Assembly: GCA_008690995.1 (NCBI GenBank)
Contig: VRMN01000005.1
Location: forward strand, 62,001-126,000
Direction of reading: 5' to 3'
DNA length: 64,000 nucleotides
Source: Porphyridium purpureum
Taxonomy: Eukaryota
Shown here: piece by piece, positions 21,535-32,300 of the stretch
Numbering within the stretch: the first letter of the stretch is position 1
Layout of the letters: every line of letters begins with the position of its first letter
Position numbers and translations under genes: made by a program
Notes under the pieces: model-generated
Told to the model about the DNA's origin: nothing
Seen by the model: the letters and a program-made list of their open reading frames with translations, nothing else
Databases searched by the model: none

Positions 21535-22893
21535 CTAGATTTTGGGATCGGGTAACGAGTCGTGCAGTGGCGTGACATGTGTTGCAGAGCCGGCGAGTTT
21601 GAACATGGCGCGCAGACGCTCGGCCTGAGAGACAAGGCGCAGTCTGCGCCGGAACTCTTGCTCATGTGCGCCCTTGTCTGCCGCATCCGCGGCCGGGGAA
21701 GGGAGCAGTACCGGACCTAATTGCGGGTGGTAGTGCTTCACCAGCTCGGTCAGATATGCGGTGCGAAGTTGCGCAAGATGCGTCAGGTTTTCAAACATAC
21801 ACTCGCTGCGGCAGATTGGCTGTACCAGCACTGGCTCGTACTCCCGTCTGTAGATTGACGAAAAGTATGGATGGCGGAGCGCGTCCAGGGCGGTGATGCG
21901 TGCCGACGGATTCCAGTCGAGCATGCCTGCCAGAAGATCGATAGCATCGTTGTCTTTCAGTTCCACGCCAGGGCTGTCATTGCCAGCGCCACAACACACC
22001 GAGAAGTGGGATTGGAGACGCCGTACACGCATGTCTCGGGCTGTACATTCGCGTTCATGCGATAGAGCAGGTTCCGGGAGTTGCTGCATCAGCGATCGAA
22101 TGCGCGGTTCTGCCCGCTGCGTGACGCTCGTTGGTGGTTTTCCAAGGGTCACAACCATAAGCTCGACCTGGTGGACGAATGACTGGCCGGGAAACATGGG
22201 CCGTCCACGCGTGAGCAGCTCGCCGAAGACGCAGCCTGCCGCCCAGATGTCGATACCTGCTTCATAGTTGGCACTGAACTGCAATATGAGCTCGGGCGCC
22301 CGATACCAGCGCGTGGCGACATAGTCGGTCCAAAACACGAAATCTGTCTGACTCGATTCGACAAATGCCCGCGACAGGCCAAAGTCGCAAAGTCGAACTT
22401 CGCATGTATTGTTGATCAGGATGTTTGACGGTTTGAGATCACGATGGAGCACTTTACGCGCGTGCATGAAGGCCAGTGCGCGAAGCAGCTGGAACATAAT
22501 GAAGCGCACATGCTCCGTGGTGAGCGAAGCAACTTGACGAGGCGAATTCAGGAGGCGATGGAGGTCCGTCGTCATGCACTCAAACACGAGATACACCGTG
22601 CCGCACTCGTCTGCCGAGCCTGGTGCACAAATATCTGTCAAGGTCACAATGTTTTCATGAGATTTCAGCAGTCTCAAGAAAGTGATCTCCCGTAACACGC
22701 GAACCGCAGAGCCAAAATGGTCAAAGGGGTGGTCGTTGCGCTTGATGGCAACAAAGCGTCTGGCGTGGGTGTCCCAAGCCTTGAACACGACGCCATACGA
22801 GCCGCGGCCAAGCTCGTGCATCAGCTGGTATCTGTTGTCGTGTCGCGCCGGCAGTGTCGTCATAGTGGCACTGCTCGGACGTTCAGCCGCCAT
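21535..22893 (-). CDS. MAP kinase with TDY activation motif
   Basis: GRGSYGVV, VAIK, HRDLKPSN, DFGLSR, FWTDYVATRWYRAPE. Confidence 0.93.
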   Translation of the reverse strand: MAAERPSSATMTTLPARHDNRYQLMHELGRGSYGVVFKAWDTHARRFVAIKRNDHPFDHFGSAVRVLREITFLRLLKSHENIVTLTDICAPGSADECGTVYLVFECMTTDLHRLLNSPRQVASLTTEHVRFIMFQLLRALAFMHARKVLHRDLKPSNILINNTCEVRLCDFGLSRAFVESSQTDFVFWTDYVATRWYRAPELILQFSANYEAGIDIWAAGCVFGELLTRGRPMFPGQSFVHQVELMVVTLGKPPTSVTQRAEPRIRSLMQQLPEPALSHERECTARDMRVRRLQSHFSVCCGAGNDSPGVELKDNDAIDLLAGMLDWNPSARITALDALRHPYFSSIYRREYEPVLVQPICRSECMFENLTHLAQLRTAYLTELVKHYHPQLGPVLLPSPAADAADKGAHEQEFRRRLRLVSQAERLRAMFKLAGSATHVTPLHDSLPDPKI

Positions 22894-23108
22894 CACTGAA
22901 GCAGTATCGAGCGCGTGTGCAAATGTCTAGTCTTCTAACAGGCAACCAGATGTTCTCCGTAGCCCTTTTATACACCTACGCTCTCAACATTTAACAATAC
23001 AAAAGAGTCCCCAGGTAAAAAGCTGAATACTACAGACACATCGATAACATCGCGCGCGCTCTCCCGTTTAGTACGTTCCAGGATATTACGCCCCACTTAC
23101 TAGCATCT

Positions 23109-23825
23109 TCATTCTTTGATCAACACGAAGACGTTTCCCAGGTTTCCGCGTGAGATGCGCAGCGATTCATCGAGGTACGTCGTTTCAAGCCAGCCGCGGA
23201 AGGTGTCAGGGGCCTTGACCTTCAAGAAGCCGAGGAAACTGAATTCTTCAAACTTGACGTTCACGCGGGTAGAAGATTTGATCTCCAGCGAAGCGCGCAC
23301 CGCAACCTTGGCGGGCAAAACCCCGAATAGCATGGTGGTCTCCTCGTTTACCACTTGCGCCTTCGACGCATCGATGGTCTGAAAGATATCATCGTTTGGC
23401 CGGGCGATGGGTGGCCGCTTGGTTCCAAGAATCGATTGAGAGTCGGTGTACACTAGCCGCCACCGCACAGAAAGATTGCGGTCGTACACTGGTTCCTTCG
23501 ACGAATTCAACCTCTCCACATTTGCAATGGCCGAGTTGTACTCGGCACGCAACGCCTCGTCATTCGCCACGGCCCTGCCAAGCCGCGCCTTCTTGAGCAG
23601 TCCCAGCAGCTCTTGTTTGGCCTGCTCCACTTTGGGATCCTTCTTCGCAGACTGCCCGCCTGCAAACACAGCCACGAGTCGCGTTCCACCAGCGGCGCGT
23701 ACAACCGCACCTTTGCCAACGCCACTCCAATTGCTGCACGCCGCTCGGCTGCTTGCACCGTGCAAGCGTACCGTGCCGGTCGTCCAGCTGCTGCCCGCAA
23801 ACGCTACGCACCGGATGGATTCCAT
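23109..23825 (-). CDS. Fibrillin / plastid lipid-associated protein
   Basis: Transit peptide, WRLVYT, IFQTID, GWLETTYLDESLRISRGNLGNVFVL. Confidence 0.93.
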   Translation of the reverse strand: MESIRCVAFAGSSWTTGTVRLHGASSRAACSNWSGVGKGAVVRAAGGTRLVAVFAGGQSAKKDPKVEQAKQELLGLLKKARLGRAVANDEALRAEYNSAIANVERLNSSKEPVYDRNLSVRWRLVYTDSQSILGTKRPPIARPNDDIFQTIDASKAQVVNEETTMLFGVLPAKVAVRASLEIKSSTRVNVKFEEFSFLGFLKVKAPDTFRGWLETTYLDESLRISRGNLGNVFVLIKE

Positions 23826-24142
23826 TCTGCACTCTGCCCTTCACAACCTGGTCCCAAATCTCGGCTACTCAATCGCTCTTCTGCCTTTCTAGTTGGCAGC
23901 TTCCAACGAGGGAACATCACAGCCTCTTGGTGAGATGACGTCTACTGGGATAAGTATGGGGCATATCGATGCCGCGCGATGGTGTCGTACAGCGACATGA
24001 TCCACCCATGCGCCATTCTTGGATGCGCGAATGCAAACTCGACAACACTCATGCGCGCATGACCTGCAAAGGATGACAGACTCCGTCGAAAGAAGACCTG
24101 TCGCAGCAACTTGCGTCAGTCCGCGTGCGACGTGCAGTGAGC

Positions 24143-25345
24143 ATGGAAACAGGGCAAAGTGGGGCTGCGTCGCAGCAGCAGCACAGCGCGCACAATCAAG
24201 GCCGCAAACGAAAGGGAGGCAGGTACGGACATCAGGACAGCAAGCGCGGTGCGGGCGGTGGAGGCGAACAGGACAACAAGCGGACGCGCACGGCACATCC
24301 CGGCACCGTAGTGAAGCGTAAGATTCAGAAAGACGAGCGCGGCGTGTTGATCACATGCACGCCAACACAGGAAAAGGCTGCGGCGCGCGAGGCGCTGGGC
24401 CTCTTCCGAGATTTTTTGGAAGAAACAAGATTCGATCGTGAAAACGATGAAGAGCGAGCAGCGCCCTCAGTAACGTCAAATGGTGCGAGCTTATGCGATA
24501 CTTTGGCATCAGAGCTCAGGGACATTCGAGCAGGCACAGATGCACACGAGCCGCTGCTGGGGCTTCTGGATATGGTTGACATTGGAGTGAAGGGCAACCT
24601 CTTCTGTTCGCTGCGCGGCCAGTGTGTGGGCGTTGATCCTGTAAAACTCGTGCAAAGCGTGTTTGAACGCGCGGCAAAGGAAAAATCGACGCGCGCTCGC
24701 AGCATTGTGCGTCTCATTCCTGTGCTGGCAACTTGCTCGTTGAATGGAAAGGACACTATCGGGCAGGGCGCGAAAGCGTTCTTTGCCGACCACTTTCCGG
24801 CGCAGGAGAAGCCGGCACCGTTTAATCTTTTGTTAGAGCGAAAGAACTGTCAGGTCGATCGGGATGAGATCCAAGGTGCGATTTTGGCCGAGACGCCCCC
24901 AAACTACAAGCTGGATTTCAAGAGTTACTCGCGAGTTTTCATTGCTCAAGCGTGCGTCACTATGTGTTTCATGGGTGTCGTAGATTACTACGCCATCTTC
25001 AACAAACTCAACTTGAGAGTCTTTGTCGAGAACTGCATCAAAAGAGGTCGCTCTCCGGAGGAAGAACCAGACGCACTTGCGCAACAGCCGGAGCAGTTGG
25101 AAAAGGACTCGGCAAAAGAGACTGAGCTGGACAGTGCTGACCTAGAAACGCGGCTCGAAGACGGAGGGAAAGAGCGTACTCTACCAGACGAGGAACAGAA
25201 AACTGGGACGAACAAAGGGAATGCGGGACATGGAGAAGCGTCAGGAGATGGCGATCAGAAAGAGGCTGCTGCTTCTGCAGCTGAGTCTCCTGGAATTGAC
25301 TCAGAAGACCATGGTGTTGGATCCAGTAAGGCAGAAATAGAGTGA
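24143..25345 (+). CDS. THUMPD1: THUMP-domain protein (THUMPD1/Tan1-like, tRNA ac4C adaptor)
   Basis: RGVLITC...EK.A.REA..L, DPVKLV, TR...IVRL.PV..TC and Y..F.KLNLR, with a basic N-terminus and an acidic tail. Confidence 0.82.
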   Translation: METGQSGAASQQQHSAHNQGRKRKGGRYGHQDSKRGAGGGGEQDNKRTRTAHPGTVVKRKIQKDERGVLITCTPTQEKAAAREALGLFRDFLEETRFDRENDEERAAPSVTSNGASLCDTLASELRDIRAGTDAHEPLLGLLDMVDIGVKGNLFCSLRGQCVGVDPVKLVQSVFERAAKEKSTRARSIVRLIPVLATCSLNGKDTIGQGAKAFFADHFPAQEKPAPFNLLLERKNCQVDRDEIQGAILAETPPNYKLDFKSYSRVFIAQACVTMCFMGVVDYYAIFNKLNLRVFVENCIKRGRSPEEEPDALAQQPEQLEKDSAKETELDSADLETRLEDGGKERTLPDEEQKTGTNKGNAGHGEASGDGDQKEAAASAAESPGIDSEDHGVGSSKAEIE

Positions 25346-25514
25346 ACTCAAACTCTCTCTGCTGGCTCCGCAAGCACTTTCGTCATGGACTGCATCAAAG
25401 TATTCAGATTGGAGGGCGGAGCGCAACGACTCCGTTTCAAGTGCGCAGGAACGCATTGGGAATAGTAAAAGCTTTCTTCCGAGTTATACTTTGTGAAGAG
25501 CAAAACAAACCCTT

Positions 25515-26318
25515 TTAATGGTCAGAGACTGGCACAGACTCCTTTCTAGATTCCTCCAGCTCGCCTATCATCACACCATCAAAGGGCTTGAATTCACTAA
25601 GGCCCGAAGGATCGTGGACGACGAACGTCCACGGTGTGTCCATGTCGAGCAACTTCTCTAGCGCCTCGACAGTCTGCCTAATGGTGCCCAGCAAAGTAGG
25701 CTGCATATGCCGGTTAGAGTTCAGATACATTTCCAAGTTGAGTCGCGCTGTTGACACAAAGTTGTAGATGGTATCGATTCTACGTTTGCGGTCGAGGCCC
25801 ATCTCGAAATCCATTTCGGGAATTTCAACCACGGCGTCAGGAGCTTTCAGGAATATACGAAACAGGTCGTCGCGCCGGGCCATCGACACAGACATTGAGA
25901 CCGGCGACCTGCGGGGCAGAGGCGTGACGCGGAACACAAGCCTTTGCCCTTCCTGCAGCGGCCCCCTCTCTTCCGAAAAAGTTCCGTCCTCATCTTGCAC
26001 GCGCAATTCAAACTGAGGAAGTGAGCGCAGAAAACCGACGATAGACCCCTTGAGCGCGTCCTCGAATTCGTCCAAATCCTCATATCCTAAATCCAAAGCC
26101 ATGGTAAGGCAAACGGGCTCCACTAGCAGCCACTCTTCCGGTGATAGCTCATGCAGCGACTCGAGCTCATCGATAATCCGCTCGACTTCCTGGTGCGACA
26201 CGTCGACGTTCAGGTTCTTCAGAACGCCGTGTCCGGACCGGGCCTCCTGCCCTCCTTCCGCCTCCACCACGGTCTCTCCAGCCATCTCCTCGGTTTGGTC
26301 GTGCGGTAACGCTCCCAT
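25515..26318 (-). CDS. ZPR1 A/B-domain protein lacking the zinc finger
   Basis: DL.R..LK...A.VEIPE.DFE and WTFVVHDPSG.S match the ZPR1 jelly-roll/helical module; no CxxC pairs. The start is uncertain. Confidence 0.7.
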   Translation of the reverse strand: MGALPHDQTEEMAGETVVEAEGGQEARSGHGVLKNLNVDVSHQEVERIIDELESLHELSPEEWLLVEPVCLTMALDLGYEDLDEFEDALKGSIVGFLRSLPQFELRVQDEDGTFSEERGPLQEGQRLVFRVTPLPRRSPVSMSVSMARRDDLFRIFLKAPDAVVEIPEMDFEMGLDRKRRIDTIYNFVSTARLNLEMYLNSNRHMQPTLLGTIRQTVEALEKLLDMDTPWTFVVHDPSGLSEFKPFDGVMIGELEESRKESVPVSDH

Positions 26319-26501
26319 CCTTCTCTGCAGCTCTGCCAAACCCCTTCTGCGTCTCCCGTAAGCCTCCTCGTTCAAGTCTTACTCCGACACTCAAACCTCC
26401 ACCTCTACTCGTTCGACGCACAGCGCCCAAATTCCGGAGCTGGAAGGCCTTTCTTGTTTTACGACGTTTACTGCTGTGAAGATGTTCTTAGTGGGGCCAC
26501 A

Positions 26502-28187
26502 TTACTGAGCGGGGGCCAACAGCCCAGCCTTCTTGTAATTGGTGTATGCGCGGAATCCACCAGAGAAGTTCCGGGCGTTGAATCCGCTCAGGCGCAGTGC
26601 GCGGGTCGCGTAGTAGCCACGTTGCCCGACGGCACAATACACAAGTATCGGCTGACCAGCGGGAATCTCCGACTCCATGGCCTCACGGAGGCGAGTGAGA
26701 GAAATATTGATCGCGCCCTCGACGTGGCCGCGCTCAAACTCGGCAGGCTCGCGTACGTCCAGCAAAAAAGAATTCATGTACGAGTCTAGGTTCCAGTGCG
26801 CCAATGGTGCATCGCCGCGGATCGAGTTCGCGGCAATCATGCCTGCCATGTTGCACGGATCCTTCGCCGCTCCAAATTGCGGCGCGTAGCAGAGCTCGGC
26901 CTCCTCAAGGTCAAAAACCGTCCCACCCTTCTGAATGGCAGTACTGATAATATCGATGCGTTTGTCCACACCTTCTTCACCTACACATTGCGCGCCAAGC
27001 AGCTTGCCGTCGTGCGGGTCGTATAGGACCTTCAGGTCCATGGGCTTGGCGCCCGGAAGGTACCCCACATGATGCCCGGGCGACAGGTGGACCTTGTCGT
27101 AACGCATGTTCAAGCGCTGTAGCGTTTTTTCGTTTGCACCAGTGCATGCCACCGTCATATCAAACAGTCCGCAAATGGCTGTGGCCTGCACACCCCTGAA
27201 GGACGAGCTGCGGCCCATAATGTTGTCGGCGGCAATTCGACCCTGCCGGTTGGCCGGGCCGGCCAATGGCAGCACAGCAAACTCGCCAGTGATGATATCC
27301 TTGGTCTCGCAAGCATCACCGACGGCCCAGATGTTCGGGTCGGACGTTCGGCAGCGATCATCAATTCGAATTCCGCCGCGTGCGCCGAGCTCAATGCCCG
27401 CCGACTTGGCGAGCTCCGTGACCGGCCGAACACCAATGCCGAGAATCACAATTTGGGCATCAAAACGCTTGCCGCCCTTTGTCTCAACCACAAGGCCTTC
27501 GTCCGGCTGCTGCTCGATTCTGCTCACAATATCGCCGAGGCACAGCTCGACGCCGCGCTCCTGGATACGTTCGTGGACGCGCGGTAGCATTTCCGCATCG
27601 AGCGGTGCCATCACTTGCTTCAACCCTTCGATCAGCACCACTTTGATGCCCATGTGCACAAAATTTTCGGTCATCTCGAGCCCAATGAAGCCGCCCCCAA
27701 CTACAATCGCGGTCTTGACGTTATGCTCGGCGATCCAAGAGCGGATGTACTGGCTATCCGGGATCGTGCGAAGCGCAAAGACGCCCGGTGAATCGAGTCC
27801 TGGGATGGGCGGGCGCAAGGGCGCCGCGCCAGGCGCCAGCACAAGCGCGTCGTAGCTTTCGTCGTACTCATTTCCGGTCACAAGGTTTCGCACGCGCACG
27901 AACTTGCGCGTGGCATCCACGCTGAGCACCTCGCTCTGGATGCGAACTTCAATATTGAAACGATTCTTAAACAGCTCCGGGCTGGCCAGAATCAGCGACT
28001 TGTCATCGGCAATCACGTCTGACACGCGGTATGGCAAGCCACAATTCGCAAAGCTCACGAAGCCTCCCTTGTCGAACAGAATGATTTCCGCAGCCTCTGA
28101 AATCCGCCGCGCCCGAGCGGCGCAGGACGCGCCACCCGCCACGCCACCCACAATCAGCACCTTGGTCTTGACTCCTCCTGGCGCCAT
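26502..28187 (-). CDS. CoA-disulfide/persulfide reductase-rhodanese fusion (CoADR-RHD/Npsr type)
   Basis: GGVAGGASCA.R.RR, the redox motif SFANCGLPY, GGGFIGLE, WAVGD and LCYAPQFGAAKDP, followed by a C-terminal rhodanese (LLDVREP.EF..GH..GA; YCAVGQRG). Confidence 0.93.
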   Translation of the reverse strand: MAPGGVKTKVLIVGGVAGGASCAARARRISEAAEIILFDKGGFVSFANCGLPYRVSDVIADDKSLILASPELFKNRFNIEVRIQSEVLSVDATRKFVRVRNLVTGNEYDESYDALVLAPGAAPLRPPIPGLDSPGVFALRTIPDSQYIRSWIAEHNVKTAIVVGGGFIGLEMTENFVHMGIKVVLIEGLKQVMAPLDAEMLPRVHERIQERGVELCLGDIVSRIEQQPDEGLVVETKGGKRFDAQIVILGIGVRPVTELAKSAGIELGARGGIRIDDRCRTSDPNIWAVGDACETKDIITGEFAVLPLAGPANRQGRIAADNIMGRSSSFRGVQATAICGLFDMTVACTGANEKTLQRLNMRYDKVHLSPGHHVGYLPGAKPMDLKVLYDPHDGKLLGAQCVGEEGVDKRIDIISTAIQKGGTVFDLEEAELCYAPQFGAAKDPCNMAGMIAANSIRGDAPLAHWNLDSYMNSFLLDVREPAEFERGHVEGAINISLTRLREAMESEIPAGQPILVYCAVGQRGYYATRALRLSGFNARNFSGGFRAYTNYKKAGLLAPAQ

Positions 28188-29336
28188 GTCGTCGATCTTC
28201 TCCTCTCACTCAATGTCAAATCGTATGCGTTCAGGTTTGCGCTCCTGGTCTCTGTGTATGGCACGACGCCATCATCCTGTCCGTCTCGACCGCATAAATA
28301 ACCGACCGAGCCGTCTTCACCGGGATGTCCGAGGCGGTGCGCCAAGCTTCAACGGCGGACGCAGAAAGAAACCTTGCCGGCGCTCCGGAATCCGCGCAAG
28401 CGAGCAAATACTTGCGCGTGCACATACACGAGCATCACGCGTGCAACCAATTCCGCACGGCTGCTCCGCGCACAAAGCGGAATCGAATCGACACGCACCT
28501 GGTTGGTGAAAGTACAGGGTTGAGCGGAATGAGTCGAGCGGTGGCTGCGACGATGGCGATGGCGATGGCGATGACGAGGATGAAGAGACAACGGCGTCGA
28601 TAATGTATCTGCCACATTGACCTGGTGCACTAGCTGGTCTGGCCCAGAGCTATCTAGGTGCTTTCGGGATGATACTCAACGTGTGCTTCGCGCGCGCGCA
28701 TAGTGCGAGATTGCCTTGTCCTTGGTGTCGGAATCGCTGACGGCAAGGCGGTCGCCTAGCATGCTGCGGATTAGGTATCTGAACGAGTGAAGAAGTGAAA
28801 GCTGTGGAGCTGGCCTGGTGACTGTAAATCTTTTTGTGCGCGGAAGGGCACAAGGGCCGGGTGCACGCTGTGATCGGCAACAGGTGGTGCTCCATTATCT
28901 AAACACGGACTGCACAAATTGAGTTCTGTGTGTCTGGTGCGCCTCAACCACGCGAGAAGATATCCGAATGGGGTATCTTTTGCAAGACGTGTAGTGGCGG
29001 TACGCTGCATAGCGATTGAAACGGCATTCGTGAAACATCGGCGTTTCATTGCTCGATACCGCTCTGAACCGCTACATGACCTTCGCGAGTGAACCCTGTT
29101 CTTGAGGGCCATACTTCTTTGCCTTCCGAATGTCGTCGACAACCTGCCATCCTTTCAGTGTGCGCGTTGCGCTGGCGCGAGCGGACACCGTCTGTGTGCA
29201 TTCAGCAACCAGTCCGAAGTTCCGATTGCGAAAGTTGCGACTTTGGTTATGGAGCTCGGCGCCTGGGTCCCGTGGTGGCTTGCCGGGATGACGTTCGATG
29301 TTGAAGACTTTAAACAGTTGGAAGGTCAGTTAATAA

Positions 29337-32300
29337 TTATTCGTGGTCGATAATCTCGATGGATTCGTATTCAACCCGCTGTGGCTGGGATCGTGGGTCC
29401 TCACCATAGTTGATATGGTTTTCGTCAGATGCGGCGACGTCAGCGCTCGATGTGGACCTCACGCTGTCTGTCATGATCTGCGAATGCTGCCGCTGCGCTT
29501 TTCGTCTATCTCCAAGAATACTGTCCGCCATGTTACGCGCAGCTTTGTACTCGCTCGAACCATACCCGCGCGCGGGAGTTTTCCTCTGCGCTTCCGTCGT
29601 CGGCTCCTCATATGGCCAGATTTTCGAAGAGTTTGTAAACGTGAACCATGAGTGATCATCTGTACCGAGAAACCGAACAAGCACATAATCTTCGTACAGC
29701 TTCACATCCGGATCCTTCCTGGACGCTGCCGGATGCGCACCAATCACAGAATCTTTCAGCTGGACAAACTCGTCCTCCCCTTGCACAATCACACCGGGCC
29801 ACGGGCAATACGTTCCCAACTGCGCCATGACGAGCTCTGGGAGAACGAATTTCCCACCGTTCTCAATCCTGTACGCATCCATTCGTCGAGTCCAAAAGCC
29901 GGCAAAGCCTCTCAGCGCGTCTCGCACAGCCCCGACTTTCTGAGACGCTGCTTTTCCTGCTGGTGCTCCAAGGGATGACAAAGTTCGCTCTGCTGAGTTC
30001 AAGCTTTTTCTTCGCACCCCGAGTGCCTCGTAGTTAAATGAAGAAGTGGCAGAGTTGCTTTTCTTCGGAGCATCCCCTTCAAGCGCGACCTCTGTAAACC
30101 ATGAGATTAAGCGCGGCTCTTGGCCATCTACGACGGCACCAGCTGCGCGTGATGGCCCAGCCCCGTTTGCACGCGAAGACGGCGTAAACGCTCCACCCAG
30201 TGTCTCCGAAGAGGACTTCCCATGGTCACTGCTGTCACTCTCGCCGAAGTCAGCCATGCGTTTCTTACTTCCGGACTGGCTCGCTGCGGTCGAAGGCTTC
30301 TGCGACGGAGACTTTTGAGTAAGCAATCCTTCCAAGGAGCTGCGGTAGTTCGTCGCGGGGCTTGCGTTTGTTCGGGCTCGCTTGCCCGGTGACCACTTCT
30401 CACTTGTCCCCGGACTTTTCGCCAGGAGCGTGGACGGTCTCGGACTCTTCCTCAGAACTACGCCACTCGCGGTGATCCGCGGTCCCGAGTCAGCTACCAG
30501 TTCTTCGGCATTGTCTGGAAAGTCTTCCATAGATGCCCCTCGTTTCCAGCCAGCCACCTGCGAACGCTCGGCAGCATTTCTCTCTGAACTCTGAGCCCGG
30601 CTTTTCAGTCCTTTGGGTGTAGACGCTGATGCTGCTAGATCATTAACTTTTGCTTTGAGCCCTCGCATGTCGGTCTGCAGCGTCTGAAGCTTTCTACCAA
30701 AATCCCGCTCCATATGTTCCAGTTTCTCCATCACATGCTCCAAACGCTCCCCGACGGTGTGAAAGGAGTCAAGGACACGGGTCAACAAAGTCTTGGCAAG
30801 AGAATCATCTCGCTCACCTTGCGTATCATCGTCGGCGCGCGCACCTTCCGTACTTGACGAGCTCGATGACCCGGAGCCGTCGTCCAAGCCGGCACCAGGA
30901 TCGGGTACCCGCTCGTTGGCACCTGACTTACTTGATTCGGACGACTCACAGGCGTTTGGATACTCGACGGAGCCCTCGCCCCGTCCGCGCAATGGTTCCT
31001 GTGTTGCGTGTCCTTGGTCCTCATCCGCGAGTACTATTCGAGGAAGCCCTTTCTGTCCCACGGACAGCTGACCCCGGCCAAATATATCACTTTCGTGAAC
31101 GTATTCGAGCTGATGCGACGGAGCACTACCATCTAAAGCCATCGCGTTCGACTCATGCTCATCCTCGTGATACCAGCTTCCATGACCATACGCACTTTCA
31201 AGAACCTCGTCAAAAGGTACCGCAGCCGCCTCCGCCTCTGCCGTGGCGAGGCGCAGCTCTGCCTCACCGCCAAAATCCAGGCACCCACTTGCGTCCAAGC
31301 CCAGATACTGTCCGTGCTCCTCCGCACCACACACGGTGGCTCGAGCATGCTCAAACGAAACTTCATGTTCCTTGTCCACGCCCGTATCTCTGAGTTCCTC
31401 CGCGGCATTCGGTTCGGACGGTCTGTCGGATTCCGCGCGCATGGGAGTCTCTTCGACATCCATACTTGCGCCCTTCTGTCCGAGATCCGTATTTTCCGCA
31501 GGAGCTCTGTCGGATGCAGCCTCACCACTTCTTCCATCCCCACTTATTCGGGTCTTACATTCGCCGTCACCGCTGGATGGTGTGTGTTCCTCTCTTGTCG
31601 TATCGACGGCTGCCTGATCTGCGTCTTTGCTGACGTCGTTTTCATCGCCGTCAAAGTGCGCTGCAGCGTGTGTCAGTGATATCCTGTCCACTGTCATCGC
31701 GCTCTGACCTTCACCGGGGTGTCCTTGTTCGCCACCGAAACCAAACTCTCCTCGGCTCGATTCTATCACGTCCGTAGATATGCGGCTTTCAGCTTCGATG
31801 CCGTTACTTCTATCACAATCAGCGCGAGTTATTGTCAGTGTACATGTTTTCGCATCCGTATTTGTCTTGCTCTCTCCCTCATCCGAATCTTGCTCATCGC
31901 CATCCTGTTCGGACCGCCCCGGGTGTTCGCCAGTCATACATTCCGCAGTCGTCCGGCTTTCAGCTTCGTCCGTGTCATTTTCTTCATCGTCAAAAAGTGA
32001 CGCCGGATGTTTTCCTGTCATCCGCTCCGCAGTCGATATGCTCTCACCTTCATCGATATGTTCCCCATCGCCAGAGCGGTCAGATGCCAGCAGCGTGCTT
32101 CTTGTCGTGTCTACAGCGGACTTGACTTGCACATCATCGGGCCTCGCCACTGAACCTGTGGCAGAGGCACGCGCACACGTCTGCCGTGTTCTTTCACCAC
32201 CGCTCCCAGTCCTCTCAACGATCCTATTCTCAAGCACTGGACTTTGCACTGACGCAGTGAAACTCTTCACGAAGGACCCCTTGGTATGAAGGTTGGTCAG

